Source: Macrostomum lignano (taxonomy: Eukaryota). From it: DNA of 64,000 nucleotides. The DNA lies in NCBI GenBank assembly GCA_002269645.1, contig NIVC01000513.1, positions 186,001 to 250,000 of the forward strand, given 5' to 3'. Of the stretch, positions 37,700 to 50,791 are shown piece after piece. The position numbers and the translations under genes were made by a program. The notes below the pieces were generated by a model. It had not been told where the DNA came from and did no database searches. It saw only the letters and a program-made list of their open reading frames with translations. How positions within the stretch are numbered: position 1 is the stretch's first letter; every line of letters starts with the position of its first letter.

Positions 37700-38650
37700 A
37701 CAGAATGACAGAGTGACAAAATGATAGAGTGACACAATGATAGAGTGACAGCATGATAAAGTGACACAATGATTGAGTGACAGAATGATTGAGTTACAGA
37801 ATGATAGAGTGACACAATGACAGATTGACACAATGATAGAGTGACACAATGACAGATTGACACAATGATATAGTGACACAATGATAGTGACACAATGATA
37901 GAGTGACACAAGGATAGAGTGACGGAATGATAGAGTGACAGCATGATAAAGTGACACAAGGATAGAGTGACACAATGATAGAGTGACACAATGATAGAGT
38001 GACAGCATGATAAAGTGACACAATGATAGAGTGACACAATGATAGAGTGACAGCATGATAAAGTGACACAATGATAGTGACACAATGATAGAGTGACACA
38101 ATGATAGAGTGACACAATGATATAGAGTGACGGAATGACAGAGTGACAGAATGATTGAGTGACAGAATGATAGAGTGACAGCATGATAGAGTGACACAAT
38201 GATAGAGTAACAGCATGATAAAGTGACACAATGATAGAGTGACGCAAGGATAAAGTGACACAATGATAGTGACACAATGATAGTGACACAATGATAGAGT
38301 GACACTATGATAGAGTGACAGAATGATAGAGTGACACAAGGATAGAGTGACACAATGATAGAGTGACACAAGGATAGAGTGACGGAATGATTGAGTGACA
38401 CAATGATAGAGTGACACAAGGATAGAGTGACACAATGATAGAGTGACACAATGATAGGGACACAATGATAGAGTGACACAATGATAGAGTGACACAAGGA
38501 TAGAGTGACACAATGATAGAGTGACACAATGATAGTGACACAATGATAGAGTGACACAATGATAGTGACACAATGATAGAGTGACACAATGATAGTGACA
38601 CAATGATAGAGTGACACAAGGATAGAGTGACGGAATGATTGAGTGACAGA
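37700..38650. repeat. Minisatellite, 16/14-bp unit GATAGAGTGACACAAT
   Basis: Tandem array with variants. Confidence 0.96.
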
Positions 38651-39089
38651 TGAGAGTGATGCGGAATGAGTGATAAGCATGCAGGCAGGACAGTACAAAC
38701 AACTTGAATGTGAATCCTTGCGCACTACTAGTAGTAGGCTATATCAGTAGTCTGACAAAGAAGCTCAAGCTTACAAGCTGGCGGAATTAATATGAATTAT
38801 GCTGTTTCAAGTGTCCCAAGAGAACTCAGCTTTGAATCTATGATTCTGCTCAAGCATCGAATACCCTTACCTGCAGGAGTTCAATCAATGCGTCAAAAAA
38901 TGAATAATTCAAGCCTTAAGTCAGGTCTCGACTTGTTTACCTGCATGTCGCACGCCAGCTAATCTAAATGAAAGTTTCATCAAAAGATAATTATTTTTCA
39001 TTAGGCTATCATTATTTTCCCAATAATGAAACTCCTGAAATATTCACCAGATACGTAGATGGGCATTGACAAGATACAGTTCAGTGAGC

Positions 39090-39850
39090 CAGTGTGACAC
39101 TGACAAGATCCCAGTGAGGCACTGACAAGATCCCAGTGTGACACTGACAAGATCCCAGTGTGACACTGACAAGATCCCAGTGTGACACTGACAAGATCCC
39201 AGTGTGACACTGATAAGATCCCAGTGAGGCAGTGACAAGATCCCAGTGTGACACTGACAAGATCCCAGTGTGACACTAATGACCCAGTGTGACACTAATG
39301 ACCCAGTGTGACACTAATGACCCAGTGTGACACTAATGACCCAGTGTGACACTAATGACCCAGTGTGACACTAATGACCCAGTGTGACACTAATGACCCA
39401 GTGTGACACTAATGACCCAGTGTGACACTAATGACCCAGTGTGACACTAATGACCCAGTGTGACACTAATGACCCAGTGGGACACTAATGACCCAGTGTG
39501 ACACTAATGACCCAGTGTGACACTAATGACCCAGTGTGACACTAATGACCCAGTGTGACACTGACAAGTTCCCAGTGTGACACTGACAAGTTCCCAGTGT
39601 GACACTAAGAATTGACCCTGTGTGACACTAATGACCCAGTGGGACACTAATGACCCAGTGTGACACTAACAAGATCCCAGTGTGACATGACAAGATCCCA
39701 GTGTGACATGACAAGTTCCCAGTGTGACACTAACAAGATCCCAGTGTGACATGACAAGATCCCAGTGTGACATGACAAGATCCCAGTGTGACATGACAAG
39801 ATCCCAGTGTGACACTAAGAATTGACCCTGTGTGACACTGACAAGATCCT
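39090..39850. repeat. Compound minisatellite, 22-bp CCCAGTGTGACACTGACAAGAT and 19-bp GACCCAGTGTGACACTAAT
   Basis: Two related units in alternating blocks. Confidence 0.96.
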
Positions 39851-40199
39851 GTCTCTGCATCTGTTCAATGCAGAGTAGTGCAGTGCATCCCAAAGCCCTA
39901 ACAAAGCTAAATAACAGTTAGGAAAACAGTGCACCGATAGCTGCACAGAGTTTAGAAAGGCAACTGAAGCTTCGATTCCGCATGGGATGAAGTTCTGACG
40001 CTGGGCCATAAACAGAAGATATTGTTTAACTATAGGCGTATGGAAGCTGGCACACACACTGTTGGGGTCGGCTTGTTCTGCAGCCATAACTTCATTCTGA
40101 TGCATTGCGCATTTGAACCCTGATAGCCCCAAACCTCTCACAGTCTCCCACTTTAATTCTGCCTCACTCCTGCGAACTTGCAACCGGATATAACCAAAG

Positions 40200-40335
40200 C
40201 TTTCACAATGGCGCCCCAGGATGGCACCTTCACTATGGCGCCTCCACAATGGCGCTTTTTGATGGCGCCTCCACAATGGCAATTTTACGATGGCGCCTCC
40301 AGTATGGCGCCCCTGGATGGCGCCTTCACTATGAC
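40200..40335. repeat. Short degenerate ATGGCGCC repeat cluster
   Basis: About six ATGGCGCC/T units. Confidence 0.7.
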
Positions 40336-40939
40336 GCTTCCACAGTACAGTGACTTTTTGCTGGCGTTGCACGACAAGATTTAAATTCGACAGGAGTCGA
40401 AATTTTAGACTTGATGAACATTGACAGGACATGTCTACTATAGTATACCCTAATTACTATCGAAATTAGTGACATTGTACGGGACTTACTAATACCTAAG
40501 CGAGCCATCCGCTCACTGCTAGTAATTAGAAATAAAAATGTAAAATTATTCCCTGACCGAAATTTCTCACCCAAGAATACTTCTGGAATATCAGTTAGCG
40601 ATATCGAGGTTATAAAATTCCCAGCATGAACTCTCCAGATGAATTATCGAAATTTTGGCTACTTAGGGAAAATTTAGGGAAATAGAATTCGATCTATCCA
40701 ATAATGTAGATCACTGTTGTAACAGCCTTTGCATGCCTTCTTTTTATGGACTTTACTTTCAAATTGGACAAGAAAATGTTGCAATTAGCGAATTGTGTCA
40801 AGACAATGACAGTGCTGGCAGTAATTAGTGCAGTTTCAGCTTTAATCCCACAGCTAGAGGGAGTTCAAGATTAGAAATAAGTAAATTGTGAAATGCTCTG
40901 AGCTCAAATTAGGTCTTTGCTTCGCTTTGCTGTGCCTGC

Positions 40940-41278
40940 TAGGAATGTCACCTGTTAGACAGGAGTGTCACCTGTTAGACAGCAGTGTCACCTGTGTGTT
41001 AGACATGAATATCACATGTGTGTTAGACATGAGTGTCACCTGTGTGTTAGACATGAGTGTCACCTGTTAGACAGGAGTGTCACCTGTTAGACAGGAGTGT
41101 CATCTGTTAGACAGGAGTGTCACCTGTTATACAGGAGTGTCACCTGTTAGACAGGAGTGTCACCTGTTAGACAGGAGTCTTACCTGTTAGACAGGAGTGT
41201 CACCTGTTAGACAGCAGTGTCATATGTGTGTTAGCCATGAGTGTCACCTGTGTGTTAGACATGAGTGTCACCTATGTG
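40940..41278. repeat. Minisatellite, 20-bp GTCACCTGTTAGACAGGAGT with a 24-bp variant
   Basis: Tandem array upstream of the GPCR. Confidence 0.93.
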
Positions 41279-41638
41279 TTAAATGGGAATGTCTTCATGT
41301 TACAGATGCAGCAGGAAACCCATTAGTCTTAATCCTTAGTACGAGTAATTACTTCCGAGTGTGCAATCAAGTAAATTTTGTGAATTTTTTCCGGCTAGTT
41401 AATGAAGGTCAATGTTTTCTCGATACATTAGCAAAACATTTTACCATCGAAGGGGTTTGAAAAAATGTTGAAAAGCTTTCAAAAGCAGCTTCCTAGGAGA
41501 TTGGGTGTCTTATCGCTACCCAATCAGCTTTTTGGGGAAATGACTTAACTAGCATAGAAATCCTAGAAACATGAAACCGCCGTCAGAAGGAGTGTTTTCG
41601 GCACAGACCAAAACCAATCTTCATCTAACACAGGCAAC

Positions 41639-43128
41639 ATGACTACTCCAACGGAAGTAGAAGCTGACAGCGACTTGTGGTTCGCTGAGAACTGCTCAAA
41701 TCTTGAATTGCCATCAAGGATGGTGTTTTGGTTCGGATCCAATCCCGAACAGACTGCCACGGACGTGCTGTACCTGTTCAAAGCAGGGCTGGCACTGCTG
41801 GCTTTGGTCGTCTCCGCTGCGTCCTTCTACGTGTTCTGGTATCGGCACTACCGCCAGAGAAATGTCCGGCACAGCAACAGCAGCTTAAACCACTCGATTA
41901 GTAACGAAACTACAGGTAACTTCTGCACCTGCAGCGCCCTGTCCCAGATGCTGCTGCACCTCACCGGTTGCGAGGTGGTCCTCAGTCTGTCGGCGCTGCT
42001 GTTCGAGCTGTACTACCTGCTGACCGCGCCGCCTGCTGGCCACCGGCTCCCGTCGGGTCCCGGCTGGCTGTCTAAGCTGATGCTCTACCCGCTCTGGCTG
42101 GTGTACAAGGCCAGCTCGCTGACCCGCAACTGGCTCATCGTGCACATCGCCTGGCGAAGGTGGCGCGCCGTCAGCGGACGCACCCTCATGACGTCCCCGC
42201 CGCCGAGCCGGTCGGTGAACCAGGCATCCGGCCTTCTGGCTGGGCTGTCGCTGCTGGTGACTCTGCCCCGGGCGCTGGAGGTGAGGTACACCATGTGCCC
42301 GGCTACTCAGAAGATTGTAGCGATCAAGGCCGCCCCATTTGCCACATCCGCTGCCTACTGGATCTACCCCAGGTGCTTCTTTGCGCTGCACTCGCTGCTC
42401 CCAGTGTTCTGTCTTCTCGTAGTCAGCTGCCTCACCCTGTACCAGCTGAAGCGGGCGGACCGCCAGCTGTTAAGGAATGTCCCGGCTCCGTTCTTCGTCA
42501 GACTGAGACGGCAGCGAGAGGCGCAGGCTGGGTAAGCGCAAAATTTGGTTATAAGATTGAAACGACTTTTCAGAACTGGCGGTTTACCTGTCGACTACTA
42601 TTCTCCGTTGTTGGGCCAGAAGTAGGTGTAAAATCTGGCTGGTTGACGACACTTCTGTCCTTTTCGCTAACTCCTGAATACACACTGTACACACGCTCAC
42701 ATAGGGTGTACAGCGACCCTGACTTTCCAATCGTCATGGATGTACACTCTCTGACATCTGACATCTGACATCTGACATCTGACATCTGACATTTGACATT
42801 TGACAGAGAAACCAACACTCTAAAATTCACTTTCATTCTGTTACTCATCTGACGTAGTTAAGAATTTTGAAACCGCTGTCTGCTTTTTGTCAGGTCGGTG
42901 AACCGCACAGTCCTGGTACTCTGCTCGGCCTTTGTCATCTGTGAGCTGCCTCTGCTGGTTGCTGGGGCGATTAAAGATCTAGAATGGCCGGGCATCAACA
43001 TGTTCATGGGCGTCGCCAACGTGCTGACCACGGCCGATTCTGTAGCGAATTTCGTCATCTATTCGCTATCGATTCCTCATTTCAAGTCGCAGCTGCGGCG
43101 CTGCTGTCTGAACTGCCGGATGCGGTGA
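41639..43128 (+). CDS. Rhodopsin-family (class A) peptide GPCR, FMRFamide-receptor-like, 2 exons, 375 aa
   Basis: Exons 41639-42531 and 42894-43128 (GG|GTAAGC, TCAG|G, phase 2). Seven hydrophobic segments; TM3 LTRNWLIVHIAWRRWRAV; TM5 FALHSLLPVFCL; TM6 FVICELP; TM7 DSVANFVIY. Confidence 0.9.
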
Positions 43129-43229
43129 ACATTGTCAAGACCATCGTTCCACGTGTTGGAGAGGAACTATATTTCCAAAATTTACTTCAATAATATGGCT
43201 GTTGTATCCATTGTTCACGATATTCCAAC

Positions 43230-43446
43230 AAGGATCTTAATGAGTTGCATGTCGCAGGCAAGTGTCCTGAAGTCAGGGTCACTTTAAGCGACATTGACCC
43301 TTGGGGGCTGGCCCTCAAGGGCGTTAATTACACGAGCAGAGCCAAGCTGAGATTCCAATTCAGCCCCGAAATGTGACTGCACTTGGAATCGAGCCTGGGC
43401 CGCTGGAACATCAGATCGCCGCGCCAGACCACTGGGCTACGGCCCC
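43230..43446 (-). mobile_element. tRNA-derived SINE, second family
   Basis: Minus strand begins GGGGCCGTAGCCCAGTGG (A box) ... GGCTCGATTCC (B box), followed by a non-tRNA body. The 3' boundary is approximate. Confidence 0.6.
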
Positions 43447-45449
43447 AACGTGACTTCCCTAAGCCTCTTGTATGTTGAATTTAGTACCTGTTTATGCCAC
43501 AGTTTAGTAAGGAAATATCCAATTTTTTCCTGTGTTTAACTTCTTGTTCGATAGATCTTCGGTCGTACGCACCCAGCTCTCATCAAACTTGAATTGATGT
43601 GCTGACCCTGCATGTGATTTTTCTGTAACTGAGCGGATATGCGACAGCGAAGTTTTATCAATAGTTAAAACAATTGCAATTTGTTGTATTTTCAATTTCT
43701 TTGACATTGCATATTTATTTGTAATCAAGTAATATTTTTGTGTATTATATGTTCAAGATAATTAAGTTCGTGTATCTTCGTCCGCTTTTTCTGTTTTGTG
43801 CATTCGATCTTATTACTCTGGTTTGATTCGTGTAGTGAACTCGACTTTTCCGATGTAACTGTCCGCTTGTGTATTTTTTTAATTTAATTTTACAATCATT
43901 TGGGGCTTGTGTGCAGGAAAATTGGGTTGTCGTACGATTCACGCCCCATAGGTCCAAACCCCCGAGGCACACAGAGTGTACATGCCTGACGATTAGAAAG
44001 TCAGGACCGCTGTACACTCCGCGGTTCATGATGTTACCGACTGTTGCATCGGCCTGCTCATTCATTTGAAGTATTCGCCTGGTGTAATCATCTATCCATC
44101 TGAGTTTATTGTTCGCATTGTTCGTTGGCTATTCTTTAGGTATTTTGATATCGAATTTAAACACGAAACGACAAAGAGCTTGGAAAAATGTTATGAAATG
44201 CTACCCACCTTTGTAGCCAAGCGCGCGAGTAAAGTGTCTAGAAAAATTAATAATCCTAATAGGCTGGATTTTTTTCTTTTAATCCAAGAAGATTCGAGCG
44301 GATTACCGACGGACGGTCTGTGTAGTCGCCCGCTGTGTAATCCTGTGCAATTTTGCTTAATAAAAGTAATGAAAAACACTTTGCTAAATTATAGAACAAA
44401 CCCATAAAAGGAAAGGGTGATTACTATATGTTATTCAAAAGATGCTCATCAAAACTCGTGCGAGGACAAGGACGTACTTTAAAAGGTGAAAAACGAGTGA
44501 CGCACAGCCTTTGCTGATATCCCATTAAGGATTCAATTTGGTGTAAACTTCTATAGTGGCACGAGAATGGTCAGAGTGCCAATAAATTTAAGCAAAAATG
44601 AAGATTAATTAAAAGCTAGTTGACAATTCTTATACCTAAGAGGACCTTTCGAAACTTTCGGCGAATCTTACCCTTTTGCCAGTTCTATTGGATTCAAAAT
44701 CATTTATGATTATTCCTTACAAAAGTTATTCTAACTTGACTTGATTTTTTAAAACTGATCGATGCTGCTTTCCGGTACGCAACCAAAAATCGGTGCAAAT
44801 CCGGGTGAAAAATGAATTCGACAATCTATATCTACCGTATCTCTACTCATAGTAAGAATGACGATGATTAAGTGGAAGGGAATCTGAGACAAATTCAATT
44901 TTGCGATTTTTGCGGTCGTCTAGAGGAGTTGAAGCGGTTAGAAACTTAGGAGTCCTTTTTAAGCCTAATTTCGGAATAACAAGGTTGTTAGGCCGTACAA
45001 GTTTATGGGGTGATTTTTCGTACGCGCTCTTAGAGAATGGAGTTAGGATCACACATTGTGCGTGACAATTAGCTTCATGTGATGACGAATTCGGAGTTGG
45101 TGAGGGGCCTCAAAATTTTCTAATAAAACCCTTTTTTAATCCCTTAGTGTAGAACTCAGAAGACTGGCTTGGGGAGAAGACGGTTGTCGCTGCAACGAGG
45201 AGGGGAGGCGCTTGCGGCTCGGAACTGGAGGATGAAGATAGTGGTACAGGTGGAACGTTGAGTCTGCTGAGCAGGTTGCCGTGGGCTGCGTTGACGGCGG
45301 GGGCATTGGACAGGTTGGGTTTCAGCTTCAATTGAAATCGGTTGAGCTGAAGGAGACTGAAGGCTGAACAGGATTCTTCCACTCTAGTAAACTATCCCAA
45401 GATCTAGGTCGCAAATCGTCGCTGGATGCGGACTGACCCGTGGCGCTTG

Positions 45450-45718
45450 TTGACTTGTTTGACTCAACTGCAGGGGACTCCGTGCATCCGGATGGATCGA
45501 GGAGGCGTTGCCGCCCATTTCGCTAACCCCTAGCGACCACGGGCAGGTGGTGCTGCGGTGTCCAGCAGGGAGATCCGGTGGATGGTCGCTCTCCCGGTAG
45601 CCCTTAGGTAGCGGACGAGCTGGCAGAGATTCTGGGGCCTGAAAACGTCGGAGAGGTCCGGGTTTGGGCCGAGGTAGGTGAGCAAGGGCGGGGCATTCAC
45701 ATATGAAGTGCTCCGCAT
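45450..45718 (-). mobile_element. Probable LINE 3' end fragment
   Basis: [32 protein letters not shown] resembles the extreme C-terminus of I/Jockey/R1-group ORF2, followed by a short UTR ending CAAACAAGTCAACAA. Confidence 0.45.
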
Positions 45719-45719
45719 G

Positions 45720-46220
45720 AGAGGGAGAGAGGGGAGAGAGAGGGAGTGAGAGGGAGTGAGAGGGAGAGAGGGAGAGTGGAAGGGAGTGAGAGGGAGAGAG
45801 GGGAGTGAGAGGGAGAGAGGGAGTGAGAGGGAGTGAGAGGGAGTGAGAGGGAGTGAGAGGGAGAGAGGGAGAGTGGAAGGGAGTGAGAGGGAGAGAGGGG
45901 GAGTGAGAGGGAGAGAGGGAAAGCGAGAGGGAGAGAGGGAGTGAGAGGAGTGAGAGGGAGTGAGAGGGAGTGAGAGGGAGTGAGAGGGAGTGAGAGGGAG
46001 AGAGTGAGAGAGTGGAGTGAGAGGGAGTGAGAGGGAGTGAGAGGGAGAGAGGGGGAGTGAGAGGGAGAGAGGGGAGAGAGAGGGAGAGAGGGGAGTGAGA
46101 GGGAGAGAGGGGAGTGAGAGGGAGTGAGAGGGAGTGAGAGGGAGAGAGAGGGAGTGAGAGGGAGAGAGGGGGAGTGAGAGGGAGAGAAGGGGAGAGAGGG
46201 GAGAGAGAAAGAGAGGGCAG
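45720..46220. repeat. GA-rich simple repeat (GAGGGAGTGA)n
   Basis: Direct reading. Confidence 0.95.
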
Positions 46221-46848
46221 GGACAGGGGAGGTGGCTCTAGGTATTAAAGTATGCATTGCAATATTTAAGTAGTACAAAACTGACAAGAATCGATTCTCA
46301 CATCTTCAGAAACTCTCATATGTGAATGTGGTGCAATAAATCCAGTAAATTTGTAGGGAATTTATGTAAAAATTACAGTAACAAGAATTTTCATCCTTCA
46401 CAAAATTATTTTTCCAATTTCGGGTCTCGATAGAAAAAAATCACTAATAAATAACTTTCAAAAGAATCTTGAACTCTTGAGCTGCTGCTCTTTGCAGCTT
46501 AAAACTTCTCATCTGCGCAAAAAGCAAATTTAAACCTTAAATTTAAATCTTCAATACATTCAGTAATGCTGAATTGGTCCCTATAGCGGTATAAAAATGC
46601 AACCTAGCTTATAAAATGGTTGAATGCCGACTAATGCATGTTAGAATAAGAAATTTTGCACCTCTGCATTTTCTGCGCAAAAGAGAATTGTAATTTAATC
46701 TAAAGCAAGATTTATAAAGCATATAAAGTCTTTGCTACAAAGTGTTTTGAGTTACGGGTTGCCTATAAATTCGGATTAGCTTATCAACGTTTGTAGAGAA
46801 GAGAGCAGTTGGTTTAACAAAAATAGCCTACAATAACTTCATCTCGCA

Positions 46849-49239
46849 ATGATGTCTGCTGGTAGCAGTGCGGCAACTTCAATGGTAAGAACATTTTCAT
46901 TGGGAAATTCCATCTGTCAGACAGTCAAACTGGATTAACCCTACCCTCAAATTGCTGAATTTTCAACAGAGCATTCTCGATGGCGGCAGAGTTGAGTTTT
47001 CAACTCGACTGGATCGAGCAAGACGCCTGCTGATGCTCTTGCTGATTGCGGTTCTGTCAATTCTGCTTCTAGTTTTCGTTCTGCTCTACGCTCTCAGCAC
47101 AGCTCGGTTACCACCTGGAGCAGCCACTCCCAAGCATCCCAGCCTGTGCACCAGCGAGGCCTGCATAAGTGCAAGCGCACTGCTGCAGAGCCACATCGAC
47201 CGATCTGCGGACCCATGCCAAGACTTCTACAGCTTCGCCTGCGGCGGTTTCCATAAAACCCACCCCTTCACCGCCGAGACCGTGGGCTCAGTACTACAGG
47301 AGGACAACTCCATTCAAGGAAATCTATTTGAGATGATGTACTTCAAGAACTTGTCCAAGCCCAGAGACGCAAGCGAAGCGCAGCTGTTCCAGACTCTGCG
47401 ATCCATCTACGGGACCTGCATGGATTGGCGCGGCTCCAGCGTTCTGAATTCTAAGAAAGAGGAATTTCTCCCGAACAGCTGGCAAACTGGAGAACGACCG
47501 TTCGACATGAAATCATTAGTGAGACCTTTGTTGGACTTTCTAGAGGGCTACTCAGGCATTGAAGACTTCCTAGCGAGACTGGTGATATCCGGTACATCGG
47601 ATCTGTTCAGATTGTCGCCAGGCTCGGTGGAGCGGAGTCTGAGATTGCACTCGTCACCATACTACCTATCTACCCTGAAATCCTGGAATCATGTTTTCAA
47701 TGTCGGAATTTCTGCATTAGAAGATTTCAGTGATCTCATAGACCTGAATTTGACTGTTAGTATAAATCAGATGAAGCCTGCAGTTCAGCAAATGTTAAAC
47801 AAAGGCGAATCGTACTTGAAAGTTGGTCCTTACCATCTGGAACAGCTGCAGAATTTTACTCAGTTTGAGGCAGAAAATCTCAACTTTAACTGGACGGAGT
47901 TTTACAGCGCTGTGAGCAAGTATTCAGCCAATAAGTTACCTCCCTCAATGAGAGTCAAGATTATTAGGTACCCGCTATTATTTTTTGTACTCGAGCAGCT
48001 CACAACGGAGCTGGAGCACAGACAGGGACCGTACTACGACTTTATTCGCATGGACTCTGCATTGTCGGCAGTCAATTTTCTTCCAGACGAATCGTTTAAA
48101 TTCTTTAAAAACCTTTTCGGGCAACAAAAGTATCTCATTCATGAGAAAGAAAGCCGGAACAGCTCAAGACTGTGCATGGACATGATGTTGGGCTCCATGC
48201 CGCCAGTGGCTTTGCAGATGTTCAGCAGCGCCTTCGTCACAGATGACTTCAACTCAGTGAAAGCGGTAGTCGGCGACATCAAGGAGGCCATGTGGGAGAA
48301 TGTGGACAGCGAGGCGTGGATTGAGCAGCCGAGTAAGGCAGCAATTAAGAAGAAGCTCGACGCCATTCGGAGCACCGTCGGCTACCCCCAGTTCAACATT
48401 TCCGAGTTCACCGAAGGCTACTCAAAAGTTGCTGCTCAAGTTAACCAAAGCAGAACATTTGGCGATGTTGTTTTGCAGTTTAAAAGCACTCAGCTTCAGA
48501 ATCGACTTTGGATTTTGACAGCTGACAAACAGGACTTGATGCCAAGTGACATTTTTTCAAGAATTTTTACTGTCAACGCTCATTACTCGCTACACCTGAA
48601 TTCGCTCTTCATCTACCTGGGCCTGCTGCTCACCAAAGTCTACATGAAGGGCTACCCGACTGCCTGCTGTACGGAGGCATCGGCGGCACAGTCGGCCACG
48701 AGGTCGGGCACGCCTTTGACAAATTAGGCAATAAAAAAATTAGCGTTGGAGAGGAACAGATAGGTGTATTTGACAATCTCACAGCGCTGCGGTATGACAA
48801 GCAATCTCAATGTCTGGCAGATTTCTACAACCAGATCATCGATCCTGAGTTTGCAAAATCCGACATTTGGGACAATTCAATGAATGCAGGAGTGCGGAAG
48901 TTTAACGAAAATTTTGCCGATATTGTTGGCATCAATTCTGCCTTCCGAGCTTACAGAAGCAGTTCGGCAAAGTCTGGGAGGCGGCCCCGGCTGATTCCAG
49001 GAGAGAAGCTGGCGGGGCTGACACCGGATCAGCTGTTCTTCATCCACAATGCTCAGCTGCTCTGCACAAAGGCGGAAAAGAACACCCTGATCTCTGTATT
49101 CAAAGATAAGCGTCACTCGCCTCCGCATCCCAGAGTGAACGGTCAGGTGATGCAGTCGAAGGACTTCGCCAGGGTGTTCAAATGCCAGCCGGGAGACCCC
49201 ATGTACCTGACTGATAATGACAAGTGTCACTTCTGGTGA
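46849..49239 (+). CDS. M13 family metallopeptidase (neprilysin/ECE-like), 2 exons, ~768 aa if a 1-nt frameshift at ~48663 is corrected
   Basis: Exon 46849-46884, intron GTAAGA...AACAG, exon 46970-49239. Type II TM anchor, CTSEAC...DPCQDFYSFACGG, VNAHY. After the shift the frame reads LLYGGIGGTVGHEVGHAFD (HExxH), ENFAD, HSPPHPRVNG, FARVFKCQPGDPM...CHFW. Confidence 0.92.
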
Positions 49240-49904
49240 AGCACCAGTCTGACCATTTTAACCATGCTAACTTCAATACTCTCTCAAACTCTAATCAGAT
49301 TTGTTTTTTAGTTACTCAATAATTTTCACTCAATTTATCCACCAGAATTGGTGGAGTTATCAACTAGTGCACCCGGATTTTATCTTAGCTCCTTTGAGAA
49401 ATTATCAATTGGATTTATCGATATATAGATCTATCAAGCCTATAGATCTGCTAATCCAATGTACTATCGGATTTAGAAAATCGCCTCCTTAAACAAATAT
49501 AATCAGTATATTATCTAAGCTTCGGTCTGTTATTAACCTCGGTGAGTACATTCACTTTATACTACTATCCAATATATATTAGTACGTTAGGTAAAACCCT
49601 TTAAAATCAGGCATAATCCGAAATGGTCAGCGATGCTTAAATTGTATCACCCCTACGGTTGGTCTATTTAACATTTCTTTAGTTCATGCAAAAAAACAAT
49701 TTCAGCAGCAATTGACTAAGTTGTGTAGATGTTGAAAACTGGTGACGCTCAAATTATTAAAACAAAGACTGATAATTCAATAAAGCAACATGCATACATC
49801 TCTTCAACCATTCATAAAGAATAATGTAGTCTCGATCTCTACATAATATCATCCATAATATTTTATCTAATTTAAATAGTACCTAAAATGTCAGTCGCGA
49901 AATT

Positions 49905-50175
49905 GTTGCAATCGTGTTGTCATATTGTTGCAATTGTGTTGTCAAACTGTTGCAATCGTGTTGTCATATTGCTGCAATTGTGTCGTCATATTGCTGCAAT
50001 TGTGTCGTCATATTATTGCAATCGTGTTGTCATATTGTTGCAATTGTGTTGTCATATTGTTGCAATTGTGTTGTCATATTGTTGCAATGTGTTGTCATAT
50101 TGCTGCAATTGTGTTGTCATATTGTTGCAATTGTGTTGTCATATTGTTGCAATTGTGTTGTCATATTGTTGCAAT
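49905..50175. repeat. Minisatellite, 22-bp ATTGTTGCAATTGTGTTGTCAT
   Basis: Tandem array. Confidence 0.94.
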
Positions 50176-50791
50176 CCGGTAGTTTTATGTCAGTCATTCT
50201 GCTTTAAAAAATCTTTAATGGACCCAGCCGAGGAGCTATCTGATTCAAAATAATGAAAAATAAATTTTAAGCTTCTACTTTCAGTAGGAAATTTTGTTCA
50301 AAAAGAAAATTTTAGAATCAGAACAGGAAAATCCCTTTCTTAGAATATTTCTGAGCTTCTGGGAATTTCAGTTCGTTCTGGGAGAAGTCCGCGTGGGAAA
50401 ACTATAGAGATTGGGGAAGAAATGGAGATTAGAGGGGAGTAGCAGTCAGCATTAATGATGGAATTTGAAAGCAGATTGGCAGCACGCCAGTGCCACTCAA
50501 TTCCAGAAAATCGTGTTTTCATCACGAGATTGTTTCGATTCACTGACTTCGCAGCCTCCTGGGGTTTAGGCAATGGCAGCGGCTTTAGAGGTGCTGGTAG
50601 TAAATGCTGGTAGCTTCATCCAATATCTGCGGCGAGTTTGATTGGAAATATTTCTCTCGGGCCGATTGCGGAGAACGATAGACCCTCTGCATGGTTGGGA
50701 CCGATATGAAAATCAAACTTGTGGAACATGTTTTTTGGGATTGAATGAGCTGTGCGCTGGCACAAAACCAATGACGACACATGCTGCTCTG

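Noticed and set aside
43974-44019. Hammerhead ribozyme (CTGACGA...GAAA on the plus strand)
   Set aside because: No stem II, no UH at the required position, and the homologous copy at 13551 has CTAACGA, so the core is not conserved.
44066-44407. 113-aa ORF, and the short ORFs at 9833-10051, 26614-26814 and 54887-55123
   Set aside because: No recognisable homology or supporting exon structure by eye; left unannotated.
45110-45382. Pro/Ser-rich 90-aa minus-strand ORF as a gene or gag/pol tail
   Set aside because: No ATG start, splice context or recognisable motif that I can support.
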